Shown: piece by piece, positions 27,101 through 36,027 of the stretch
Layout: every line of letters starts with the position of its first letter
Position numbering within the stretch: the stretch's first letter is position 1
DNA from: a virus
Taxonomy: Duplodnaviria > Caudoviricetes
Virus record (IMG/VR): IMGVR_UViG_3300028412_000003
Length of the DNA stretch: 64,000 nt
Strand: one strand, 5' to 3'
Program-made: the position numbers and the translations under genes
The notes under the pieces: generated by a model
The model's database searches: none
Told to the model about the DNA's origin: nothing
What the model saw: the letters and a program-made list of their open reading frames with translations, nothing else

Positions 27101-29230
27101 CTTTACAAATAGTGTTTTGCTTGCAAAAACAAGAGCTGGAATGTTATCTGTATTTCCATTATTGATTGCGTCGGTTACTATTCCAATAAGTGAAGTACTA
27201 ACTGAGAGAGCGGTTGATTCTTCTGTAAATGTAGTATCTATTACTTGTGTGATCGGAGACCCAACTGCATTTAAAGTTTGATAATTTGCAGCAGGTGCTT
27301 CATTTCTTAATACAGCCGTTATAACTTCAATACCGTATTCAATTGCTGCAACAGTTTCTGCTTCTTGTCCTGTTATGTATGAACCAGAACTATCACCAGG
27401 GTAATAAGCAAGTGCAGCAAGTCTTGATCGTTGATTTCCGCCGTGTCCTAAGTCGTATACTATTGCATCGACTATTAATCCCATATCTCTACGACAGATA
27501 CTTTTATCGTAAGTAAATGCACCAGTAAAAGGAGCAATATCATTAGCAATTTGATAATCTACCCATTCAACTATTTCTGCTTGTATAAACGAACGATTCT
27601 TTTCAATTAAATTTCGTGCATTAAAATACTCTGCACCTTGTTCAATTTGTTCTAATCCGTAACGAACCGATTTCCACGGACGATCAATTGTAACGCCGTA
27701 ATTTGGGGCTTTTTCGTTTCTACCATTAACTGATTCAACATAATAAGTAAAACTAGTTTGTCCAAAATAAGTCCAGACCGGAGCAGTAGAGGTAGAGTTA
27801 ACTACTAATACCTGTCCTGGTGAACCAATTGGTAATCTAGCAGGGCCAGCTGCGCTATAATAAAGAAGATCACCCGTTGTGTTTAATACATTTGATTCTG
27901 CTCCACCTGCCATCAAATTCCAGTTTGTTCCTGCATTTATTTGATCAGGTCGATTAAGAGCAGTAGTTTCATCAGATGTGTGTTCTAAAATAGAAACATA
28001 AGAGTTTTCGTTGTAACTTACTACATCACCTTTATCATAAAAAGTTGCATCTGTCCATGCACCTTTCCAATAAAATCCCTCATTTAATTTTTCCCAGTAT
28101 GTCTGGTTTGGCGGACGATTTCCGTTACTTGAAAGTATGCAAAGATATGTCCACCCACCTACTCTAACTATATCACCCGGTAAGTAATCTTGGTTAGATG
28201 AATCATCTCCATAATCACCGCGGAAATTAAATCCAGTTATAAACACTTCCCAATCTGAAGTATTTGTTGTTGGTACTTTTCCGTTATTGTTAGTTTTTGC
28301 TAGGTAAGTATATCCACCATATGTTACAAGGTCACCAATTTGGTAAAATGTACCTACATCCCAGCTATCTTCAAATTCAAGACCTGGTACAAATACCGAC
28401 CAATTTGCTTGATCTGTTTGTATTGTTGACACGTTACTTGATGTATGATGCGTGGTACAAATATAAAGAGTTCCACCATCTTTAGCAACATCATTTATCT
28501 TATATCTAGTTACACCCGCCCAGTTGCCTTTGTATTCTATACCAGCATGAAAAGAATCCCAATTACCTTGGTCGTTTTCTAATCCAAGTGCTAATGTACC
28601 TGCAGAGGTATGACCGGTGTTACAGAAATAAAGTTGACCTCCATATTTTACAACATCACCGTATACATATCTTGTAGAGACTGACCAGTTATTTTTCCAA
28701 TCAATACTTTCTGAAAATAATGTCCAATTACCTTGATCCTGTTCAAGTCCAAGAGTTGTGGTCGCTGCAGAAGTATGTGCGGTATTAACGAGATATATTC
28801 TCGCTCCGTATTTTACTAAATCATTTACGCGATATCTTGTTGATACTTGCCAATTTCCAGTATAATCAAATCCTTCTGCAAACAGATCCCAACTAGCTTG
28901 ATCATCTTCTAATCCAAGAGCTGTGGTCGCTGCAGAGGTATGTCCGGTATTTGCGATATACAAATATCCACCATACTTGACTATATCATTTACTTTATAA
29001 AAAGTATCTACTTCCCAAGTATCTTTCCATTCTACACCCGAATTTAGTGTCTGCCATTTTGCAGTACTATCATTCAAGTCTGTGTAAAAATCAGGAGATG
29101 ATGTATGTCCAACTAAACAGATGTAAGTTGTTCCACCGTATCTTATTATATCATCCTTCAAATAAGATGTAGAGGTAGACCAGTTACTTTTCCATATAAA
29201 CCTAATTCTACCTAATTTAAATTCTGCCAT
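24143..29230 (-). CDS. Giant virion structural/fibre protein (1695 aa)
   Basis: N-terminal WxGxW..Y...DxVxYGG repeats (CBM5/12-like), central beta-helix-like SPYVQNVTTFG region, C-terminal VPTQKAIKTY. Confidence 0.75.
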   Translation of the reverse strand: MAEFKLGRIRFIWKSNWSTSTSYLKDDIIRYGGTTYICLVGHTSSPDFYTDLNDSTAKWQTLNSGVEWKDTWEVDTFYKVNDIVKYGGYLYIANTGHTSAATTALGLEDDQASWDLFAEGFDYTGNWQVSTRYRVNDLVKYGARIYLVNTAHTSAATTTLGLEQDQGNWTLFSESIDWKNNWSVSTRYVYGDVVKYGGQLYFCNTGHTSAGTLALGLENDQGNWDSFHAGIEYKGNWAGVTRYKINDVAKDGGTLYICTTHHTSSNVSTIQTDQANWSVFVPGLEFEDSWDVGTFYQIGDLVTYGGYTYLAKTNNNGKVPTTNTSDWEVFITGFNFRGDYGDDSSNQDYLPGDIVRVGGWTYLCILSSNGNRPPNQTYWEKLNEGFYWKGAWTDATFYDKGDVVSYNENSYVSILEHTSDETTALNRPDQINAGTNWNLMAGGAESNVLNTTGDLLYYSAAGPARLPIGSPGQVLVVNSTSTAPVWTYFGQTSFTYYVESVNGRNEKAPNYGVTIDRPWKSVRYGLEQIEQGAEYFNARNLIEKNRSFIQAEIVEWVDYQIANDIAPFTGAFTYDKSICRRDMGLIVDAIVYDLGHGGNQRSRLAALAYYPGDSSGSYITGQEAETVAAIEYGIEVITAVLRNEAPAANYQTLNAVGSPITQVIDTTFTEESTALSVSTSLIGIVTDAINNGNTDNIPALVFASKTLFVKTGEFVEVLPMIIPEYTAVVGDGLRSTRIVAGGSFVDPNDVPETLNAITRLRDIISDIIQNSAVSATTGNNETQITTRPAGSVSAASDAENLVQQIYDYIDYRINGVSGDSSIPATGGSNTPESSTGYTYATETLEANRDFIVAEITAYIADTYPAFSYDILSCERDINRYIDAIKYDLIYTGNYKSLLFARYYANSVQGSLTEDMFYLRNATGLRNLTVRGLFGTLGAANINGTKRPSAGAYASLDPGWGPPDEDVWIRTRSPYVQNVTTFGTGCVGLKVDGNLHNGGNDSIVANDFTQILSDGIGVWCTNLARTEIVSVFTYYCHIGYLSEEGGKIRATNGNNSYGSFGSVAEGVDSTETAITGKIDNRTRNAAVTNVVTDNDQIIHLEYVNAGQNYTNSESAILTLDTAALAIDALRVEGTYRGVVGTSNGSGTGQEFDITVNDVGFPQSVVVVKGGEGHVPGDTITISDSDLGSGGAANVTFDVDTIGSATRFTITGEGFGAVVDAAQIRDGGVYQVRLLNPDDSAENVFGGAGYVTGTGQSQGGTSTQITISATDPRASAVYVGMAIWIIGGTGTGQYAYIDTYNSATKIATVKKPSDDTAGWEHVNSSAIESALDATTEYIIEPRLSFEAPASSGITTIGRAKVTDNQITEIRIIEPGTGYDPNNPPRMEIIDPNETAPIPYEVRVSNGVLGQPTWIDRGTQYLTSEISILGDGFADFYQTGTNVFVRDLSNIPAAGSNIEFDDIPGNYYKVVNVRELSGTGPYSATIQISPGIEIQEASEHLDDVTLRIRYSQVRLTGHDFLDIGTGNTLDTNYPGIPVNTLDPEKETNDFLGGRVFYTSTDQDGNFRVGGLFNIEQSTGIATLNVEAFNISGLNELQLGEIEIGGSGTVITEFSTDGSFTANSDNIVPTQKAIKTYITSQIGSGAATLNVNSITAGQVKISTNVIELTSGSTLTINSNVDFRGSVSGAPLALGYFLTS

Positions 29231-29267
29231 TAAAATCTCCTGCGTACTATATTTATATTAATCATTT

Positions 29268-32200
29268 TTAGAAATTTCTTCCATTCTTTCTTAAGAAGTA
29301 ATATCGAGCAGTTATATCACCTTTCATTGATTGTATGTTAGTATTATCTACATTGAAAATGATATTATTACCAGATGAAACTATTTCATCTTCGTATGCT
29401 GATATTGCTCCTGCATTAAGTCTACTTACTCTAACTGTTGATCCACCGCCTGATATTCTCGATAGTAGATAAGCAGCAATTGCTTTTTGAGTTGGTACAA
29501 TATTGTTGCTATCGGCACCAAAGGTTGGATCTGTTGAAAATTCTCGTATTACTGTTGAAGAACCACCAACTACTACTCCACCTAATCTAATTTCATTTAA
29601 TCCACTAAGATCAAAGAAGTCTGCACTAATAGTGATAATACCAGTTGATTGTTCAACTTGGAAAAGTTCTCCTACACGGAAGTTACCGTCTTGGTCTGTT
29701 GAAGTATAGAACACTCTTCCTGTATTATATTCAATTACCTCATTAAATTGCTGTCTTTCATTTAAAGTAGTTTCTCCGAATATATAAAGATCAGGGTAAT
29801 CAGTATTAATTAAGTTTCCGGTTCCGATATCTAGGAAGTCATGTCCGGTTAATCTTATTTGACTATATTCCTGTCTTATAGTTACATCTTCGTTATTAAT
29901 TGGTGATTCTTGTAATCCTATACCCGGAGATATACTGATACTAGCATCAATAGTTGGTTGAGAACCAGAGCTAGATTCTACTCTAACAATAAAATATGAA
30001 CGATCATTAATACCACTTATTTGAAAACTATCACCTGGATTAGGCAATCTTGACAAATTCTTTAGAAAAACTAGTGTACCGGTTTGGTAAATGTCAGCAA
30101 ACCCGTCTCCACTTGTTATTGTTCCAGTTGCATTAGTATAAGAAGATCCTCTGTTTTTAAAGACAGGTTGTGCTAGAACTCCATTATTTAATCTTACATC
30201 AAATGTAACATCAGAAGTAGATGTATTGTCAACTATAGTTATAGTTGGTTCTGTAGTATATCCACCTCCTACATCATGTAATTCAAATTCACCTATTTGT
30301 CCAGATCCTGGATAGGTTGTTGCAAATGCCTTTGCTCCAACAAAGACAGTATGTGATATATTTGAACTAGAATCTGAAACAGTTACAAATTGATTTGTAC
30401 CATTTAATCTACCACCTGCTACTGCTCTCGTTGAAGTGTTAGTGGATAAGACTTCTGTAATCCAAGATCTAGCATCCCAACTTTTACAAGCAAGAACAGT
30501 ATCGGTTGCATTATATTGATTTGCCGTAGCATAAAATGCACCGTTTTTATCATAAGATATTGAACTCCATTCTGCTACAATTTCAAGCGGAGTTCCTGTA
30601 TATGTAAAATCTGTTATTGGTCCTGCTGACGAATCACTTACACCTGTAACTGTTAGAGTTATATCATTTGCAGGTGTTGTACCACCAACATTAGATCCTG
30701 CTATTATAACAATATCATCATCTGCATAATCATCACCGCCATCAACTAGTGTAACAATATAACGATTGTTTTGTTTGATTACATCAAACGTTGCAAAACT
30801 TCCAAGACTTGGACTCTGTGACGTGCTAGATACTCCGCTGTATGTAATAGGAGGAACAGTTAATTTTCCAGAATTCCAAGTAATACCATCATCTGAATAT
30901 GCAACAGTATTTGAACCAGACGAAACTGCCGCAAACGTTCCCTTACCGTATGTGATTGATTCCCATGATGTTGTTTCTGGTAATGTACTTGACGTCCATG
31001 TAGCGCCAAAATCTGTTGAATATGCTGCTTCATCCGAGTCTTGCGCAATTGCTACGAAAATTCCTTTTCCGTATGCTATAGATTTCCAAACACCCGGACT
31101 TGAAGAAACTGGCAAATCTCTAAAGGAATACGTAGTTCCGTCTTGTGTTAACAACGATGTATTACCGTCGCCTACGGCGATGTATCTATCTGATCCATAA
31201 GCAATACTTTGTATATTGATTACACCATCTGAAAAATTTTCTTGATCTGATGTGATAGTTAATCCAGTTTCTGTCCAACCGGTCGTAAAATCAACTGCTT
31301 GATTTTCTGTTAATACCGAAGAAATAGAACCTTCTGTTTTTTGATATAATCCAAGAGTTGAAGATTTTTCTATTTGAGCTCCCCAAACATAAAAATATTG
31401 TCCTACTGATGGAGCTCCACTATTAAATCTAAAATTAAAATCTAAAAATGTTCTAGTTCCGGTATATGTTAATGGGATTTCATATCTTATCCATTTATTA
31501 AATATTGTTTTTGTTTCCCCGATTGCATAATCAGATGTATCTTGTGCATCACAAACAATAGCCCAATTATTAATTCCGGATTGAGAAGGAACATAAACAT
31601 AAATGCTAATGAAATAATCATTAGCTGGTAATAATGTAATGCTTCTTAAAAATAAACCATTAGCAGTGACAGGGGTAGCTTCAAATTTGGTTCCGGTTAA
31701 CGTGTTATCCGGTGCTAACAACTCATTACTAGATATTGAAAAGAAATTAGCAAGAGAAACTCCTGCTATCCATTTTGATGTCTCAAAATTTTCTGAGTAA
31801 TCAAACAAATTAAAAGATAAAGGATAAGGTGATACAGAATTAGATGCTTCGAATATTGCTCCTCTAACAAATATTCCAGAAGTTCCGTCTCCTAAAAAGC
31901 TAGTTTGATTGTCAGATTGACAAACATTAATACTTACTACTTGAGTAGATACTGTAGCATCTGAAGTTGCTGTTATCGATAGTCTATACCATCCATTTCC
32001 TACATCCTCTACAGATGTACTACTTGATGGTTCTAACGCTGTAGTACCAACCGCTCCTGTTACTATATTAAAAAATGCTATCTGTGTTGAAGGAAACCCT
32101 TGGTTTCCTATTGCTAGTCTTATCCAATTATAACCATTTGGTTTCGCGTAAACTGAAAAAGTATACTCGGTTCCGGTTAATACACTAAATGTACTAGATT

Positions 32201-35200
32201 GAATGTCGTGACTAGAAACCGAAGCTGTTGCTATTAGTCTGTCACTTAAGAAATAATCTGCTGGCGAAGCGGCTGACCAAGTTAAACCGTTATCATCTGA
32301 AATTGCACCAATTCCGGAATTTCCAACTGCTAACAAATTATCAGTTCCGTCTCCGTCTAATGAATTATAATCACCAGCTGGTATAGTAGAACTAGACCAA
32401 GTTATTCCGTCTGTTGTATAAGCTGATAAATCACTTTCTCCTACTGCAATTGCAGAACCATTTGAAATTGTAACATCTTTCCAGTTGCCTGACGAAGGAA
32501 GTGTTCTATTATTTGCTGATGATGCTGGCGCCTCTATTGATACTCTAGGTAATATTTGATACCTTGAAGTTTCATCCAGTGCAGATTCAATATTCCATCC
32601 ATTGCTTATATGATCCCATCCGGGTTCGTTATCAGATTCTCTGTATATAATTGCTATATTAGTTAGCGGATCGTAATTTTGTATCCATCCATATTGTCCT
32701 ATTCCTGTTCCTGATATTAACAGAACTCTTTGTCCTTCTAATCTATCTGCTGTGTTATCATCTGCAGACGACAAGATTAAAGTAGTACCTGATCCACCCT
32801 GGGCTCCGTTTATGAAATTAGTATAGTTTGCTCCACCTATTCTATTAGAGTCTTCTTCAGTTACTCTAATTTCAGATATTCCACCACTTCTAAATTCATC
32901 AAATACAGCATCAACGCCGATACCAGATCCGGTTATGCCTATAGTTGCATCAGTGTAATCTTGTCCTGCGTGAGTAAATCCAACACTTAATATTTCTAAA
33001 GTTTTAGAGAGATACATCCTCTCTATTTGTGCTTCTTTTGTACGGTTGTTAAAGTTTGCTGTTATTGGTTCTTCTAAACCATTAAATCCCTCGGATACAG
33101 ATCCGTACGTACCATAAGAGTTATTACCGTTTGTTGCACGAACAAATCCACCATTTGTAGTTAAGTAACCAATATGACAATAGTATGTAAAAACCGATAC
33201 TAATTCAGATCTTCCTAGGTTATCCGCCCAAAATCCAATTCCATCAGATAGTATCTGTGTAAAGTCGTTTGCTACAACTGATCTATATCCATCATTGTGT
33301 AGACTTCCATCTACTTTAAGACCAACACATCCGGTTCCAAATGTTGAAACATTTTGTATGTAAGGAGATTTAAATAAAATTTGAACATCTGCATCGTCTG
33401 GTCCTGTTCCGGGATCAAGAGAAACAAATGCCCCAGCTGATGGTCTTCTAGTTAGATTTTCGTTAGGTTCACCTAACGTACCTGATAATCCTCTCAAACT
33501 CATATTTAGTATACCTGATCCGTTACGAACATAAAACATATTTGATTCTTGATATCCGGCAGCAGGTTTAATAACAGTTGATCTTAATTCGTCACCAACT
33601 AACGCTACATCTTGAGGAATACTTATTGGTAATATTTCTTCATAAGTTCCTGTTTTTATAAAGATAGTAGCCGGTGCACGCGCCGCTTCATCTGCTAAAA
33701 TATAATCACATGCGTATTTTACTGTTCTAAACGCCGATGAGATAGCTTTACCATTTTGTTCAGAATCAACTCCTCCAGGTGCAACATAATAAATTTTATT
33801 AACAATTTCAAAATTTTTCCAGTCTATTTCACTAGAATCTAAAGGTGATAACGCTTGGCCTACTGTTCCTATGGGTAAAGGCTTGTTACCAATTGAACTA
33901 GTGCTATCTTCATCAAAACCGTATGATAAAAGATCTCCAACTTCATTTAATGTTGCATCTTCGTTACCTTTTACTAGTATAGTCCAATATTGATTTGCAC
34001 CAGTTAAAGGATCAGTATCATATTTTGGCCTTGATTCAAATTCGTTTACTGAATGTTGTTTAATACATATAAAGGCAGTTGATTCATCTAATACAACATC
34101 ACCAAGGAAATAAACATTAGATGAACTATCATCTTCATTATATCTTGACCATTCTTTTCTATGATTTTGACTTGTTGAAAGTAATTCCCAATATATAGGA
34201 GATTCGCCAGGTTGTTCGTTTAAGTTACCTTCTTGATCTCTTAATGCCACGTAAAGATATCCTCCACGTGTTGTTAAGTCTCCTACTCGGTAAGAATTTG
34301 TAGAAACATATTCACCACTGTATTCATAAGCAGTTGTAATTACTTCCCAAAATCCCAAATCTTGAGTTAGTAGATCTGTTCCGGGTTCTTCCCCTGTATT
34401 AACTTGTAGAGAAATATAAGTGTATCCACCGTAAGAAACTATATCACCGATTTGATATTCTGTGTCAGAAAACCAAATGTCTTCAAATCCTAGTCCCGGA
34501 AGCCATATGTTCCAATTTCCATATTCAAAAGTTACATCTTCATTTCCACCGGTACAGATATAAAGGCTATCTGAATACTTTACGATATCATTTATAATGT
34601 ATCGAGTAGAACCTGCCCAGGTAGATCTATATCGTATACCCCTAAATACAATTTCCCAATTAGCATCATCAGTTTCTAATCCAAATGTTGTTGTTCCGGC
34701 AGAAGTGTGTCGAGTTACACAACGATGTAAATTTGCCCCGTACCTAGCAATATCGTTTACTTTGTAATCAGTATTAATTTGCCAATTGTTTTTCCAAGAA
34801 TCACTTCGAGTAACAATATCCCATTTAGATTGATCGTTTTCTAAACCATCTGCTAAAATAGAGCTAGTATGTTCCGTATTCGCAATGTATACAATTCCAT
34901 TATATTTTACAACATCATTAACACGATATAATGTAGATTGTACCCAATTATTGGTCCAATTTGATGTTGGAGCAATGATTATCCATTTTCCAATATCATT
35001 ATTTAATGTTGTGTCAGATGTATGTTCTGTAATTGCTCTGTAGACAATACCATTATCTTTTACAACATCATCTATTTTATAGAATGTAGAATTAGTCCAG
35101 TTACCTTTCCAGTCTATACCGTCAGAATGTAACTCCCATCTGTTAGCAGAAAAATCTGTAGCTATCAAAGCATCAGAAGTATGCGCCGAAAGTGCAACAT

Positions 35201-35306
35201 ATACTCGTGCACCGTAATAAACTATATCATCTTTTCGATATACAGTTGATCCTTCCCATTCTCCTTGCCACCTAAATCTTATTCGTGCTAAATTAAATTC
35301 TGCCAT
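29268..35306 (-). CDS. Giant virion structural/fibre protein (2012 aa), paralogue of the previous gene with extra domains
   Basis: Same architecture plus SxDGxTW (BNR-like) repeats and two lectin/CBM-like inserts. Confidence 0.75.
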   Translation of the reverse strand: MAEFNLARIRFRWQGEWEGSTVYRKDDIVYYGARVYVALSAHTSDALIATDFSANRWELHSDGIDWKGNWTNSTFYKIDDVVKDNGIVYRAITEHTSDTTLNNDIGKWIIIAPTSNWTNNWVQSTLYRVNDVVKYNGIVYIANTEHTSSILADGLENDQSKWDIVTRSDSWKNNWQINTDYKVNDIARYGANLHRCVTRHTSAGTTTFGLETDDANWEIVFRGIRYRSTWAGSTRYIINDIVKYSDSLYICTGGNEDVTFEYGNWNIWLPGLGFEDIWFSDTEYQIGDIVSYGGYTYISLQVNTGEEPGTDLLTQDLGFWEVITTAYEYSGEYVSTNSYRVGDLTTRGGYLYVALRDQEGNLNEQPGESPIYWELLSTSQNHRKEWSRYNEDDSSSNVYFLGDVVLDESTAFICIKQHSVNEFESRPKYDTDPLTGANQYWTILVKGNEDATLNEVGDLLSYGFDEDSTSSIGNKPLPIGTVGQALSPLDSSEIDWKNFEIVNKIYYVAPGGVDSEQNGKAISSAFRTVKYACDYILADEAARAPATIFIKTGTYEEILPISIPQDVALVGDELRSTVIKPAAGYQESNMFYVRNGSGILNMSLRGLSGTLGEPNENLTRRPSAGAFVSLDPGTGPDDADVQILFKSPYIQNVSTFGTGCVGLKVDGSLHNDGYRSVVANDFTQILSDGIGFWADNLGRSELVSVFTYYCHIGYLTTNGGFVRATNGNNSYGTYGSVSEGFNGLEEPITANFNNRTKEAQIERMYLSKTLEILSVGFTHAGQDYTDATIGITGSGIGVDAVFDEFRSGGISEIRVTEEDSNRIGGANYTNFINGAQGGSGTTLILSSADDNTADRLEGQRVLLISGTGIGQYGWIQNYDPLTNIAIIYRESDNEPGWDHISNGWNIESALDETSRYQILPRVSIEAPASSANNRTLPSSGNWKDVTISNGSAIAVGESDLSAYTTDGITWSSSTIPAGDYNSLDGDGTDNLLAVGNSGIGAISDDNGLTWSAASPADYFLSDRLIATASVSSHDIQSSTFSVLTGTEYTFSVYAKPNGYNWIRLAIGNQGFPSTQIAFFNIVTGAVGTTALEPSSSTSVEDVGNGWYRLSITATSDATVSTQVVSINVCQSDNQTSFLGDGTSGIFVRGAIFEASNSVSPYPLSFNLFDYSENFETSKWIAGVSLANFFSISSNELLAPDNTLTGTKFEATPVTANGLFLRSITLLPANDYFISIYVYVPSQSGINNWAIVCDAQDTSDYAIGETKTIFNKWIRYEIPLTYTGTRTFLDFNFRFNSGAPSVGQYFYVWGAQIEKSSTLGLYQKTEGSISSVLTENQAVDFTTGWTETGLTITSDQENFSDGVINIQSIAYGSDRYIAVGDGNTSLLTQDGTTYSFRDLPVSSSPGVWKSIAYGKGIFVAIAQDSDEAAYSTDFGATWTSSTLPETTSWESITYGKGTFAAVSSGSNTVAYSDDGITWNSGKLTVPPITYSGVSSTSQSPSLGSFATFDVIKQNNRYIVTLVDGGDDYADDDIVIIAGSNVGGTTPANDITLTVTGVSDSSAGPITDFTYTGTPLEIVAEWSSISYDKNGAFYATANQYNATDTVLACKSWDARSWITEVLSTNTSTRAVAGGRLNGTNQFVTVSDSSSNISHTVFVGAKAFATTYPGSGQIGEFELHDVGGGYTTEPTITIVDNTSTSDVTFDVRLNNGVLAQPVFKNRGSSYTNATGTITSGDGFADIYQTGTLVFLKNLSRLPNPGDSFQISGINDRSYFIVRVESSSGSQPTIDASISISPGIGLQESPINNEDVTIRQEYSQIRLTGHDFLDIGTGNLINTDYPDLYIFGETTLNERQQFNEVIEYNTGRVFYTSTDQDGNFRVGELFQVEQSTGIITISADFFDLSGLNEIRLGGVVVGGSSTVIREFSTDPTFGADSNNIVPTQKAIAAYLLSRISGGGSTVRVSRLNAGAISAYEDEIVSSGNNIIFNVDNTNIQSMKGDITARYYFLRKNGRNF

Positions 35307-35332
35307 TTGATTTCCTAATATTTTTCAAGTAT

Positions 35333-35683
35333 TTATATACCCGTTGGATAGACATAACTTTGATTAATCCTAACCACAAGTTGTCCGTCATCATCTATAT
35401 AATAAAGAAGATTTCTTTCGTCCCAACGAAATTGTTCATAATTAAGATTTTCATAAACAATTTCATGATTTTCATCTCTACCTTCTATATAATCTATTCC
35501 TTCTTCAAAAGTTGGATAATTTTCTTCTGAATCTCCGGGTGTGTTAATTTCTATTACGTCTGTTTTTTTAGACTGGTCTAACTTTGCTAGATAAAGTTCT
35601 CCATCGTCGGTTCTTCTAAATCCGTAAAAGAATCTTGGGTTCATTGCGTCAAAATAACGCGAGGTATCTCCACCTACTATCAT
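35333..35683 (-). CDS. Hypothetical protein
   Basis: 116 aa ORF in the structural operon. Confidence 0.6.
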   Translation of the reverse strand: MIVGGDTSRYFDAMNPRFFYGFRRTDDGELYLAKLDQSKKTDVIEINTPGDSEENYPTFEEGIDYIEGRDENHEIVYENLNYEQFRWDERNLLYYIDDDGQLVVRINQSYVYPTGI

Positions 35684-35693
35684 AATTTACTCC

Positions 35694-36023
35694 TTATACA
35701 ATCTCAACATAGCTGATTATTGCATCAACTGATTCTAATTCATCGCTCCATACCTTTAAGGTATAATCTGGAGGAATTATTAATTTTTCACCATTAGTAA
35801 CTGCTCTTAAACTCTTTCTAGCAGGAATTGGTTCTTCGTTTAAATAATATGTTTCAATGCTAGTATCATCTGTTAATGTCACATTTACATTAACCGGATA
35901 ATCCGTAGTGTTGGTTAATGATAAACCAATAACAGTTAATTGCTGAACTGCAGAAGCTTCTAGTGCAGTAATAGGTGCTGTTCCTACATCGTTTATTAAT
36001 TTATTTCTAAAAAAGGTAGCCAT
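35694..36023 (-). CDS. Small virion protein
   Basis: 109 aa; NGEKLII motif like other small paralogues. Confidence 0.55.
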   Translation of the reverse strand: MATFFRNKLINDVGTAPITALEASAVQQLTVIGLSLTNTTDYPVNVNVTLTDDTSIETYYLNEEPIPARKSLRAVTNGEKLIIPPDYTLKVWSDELESVDAIISYVEIV

Positions 36024-36027
36024 TCTT

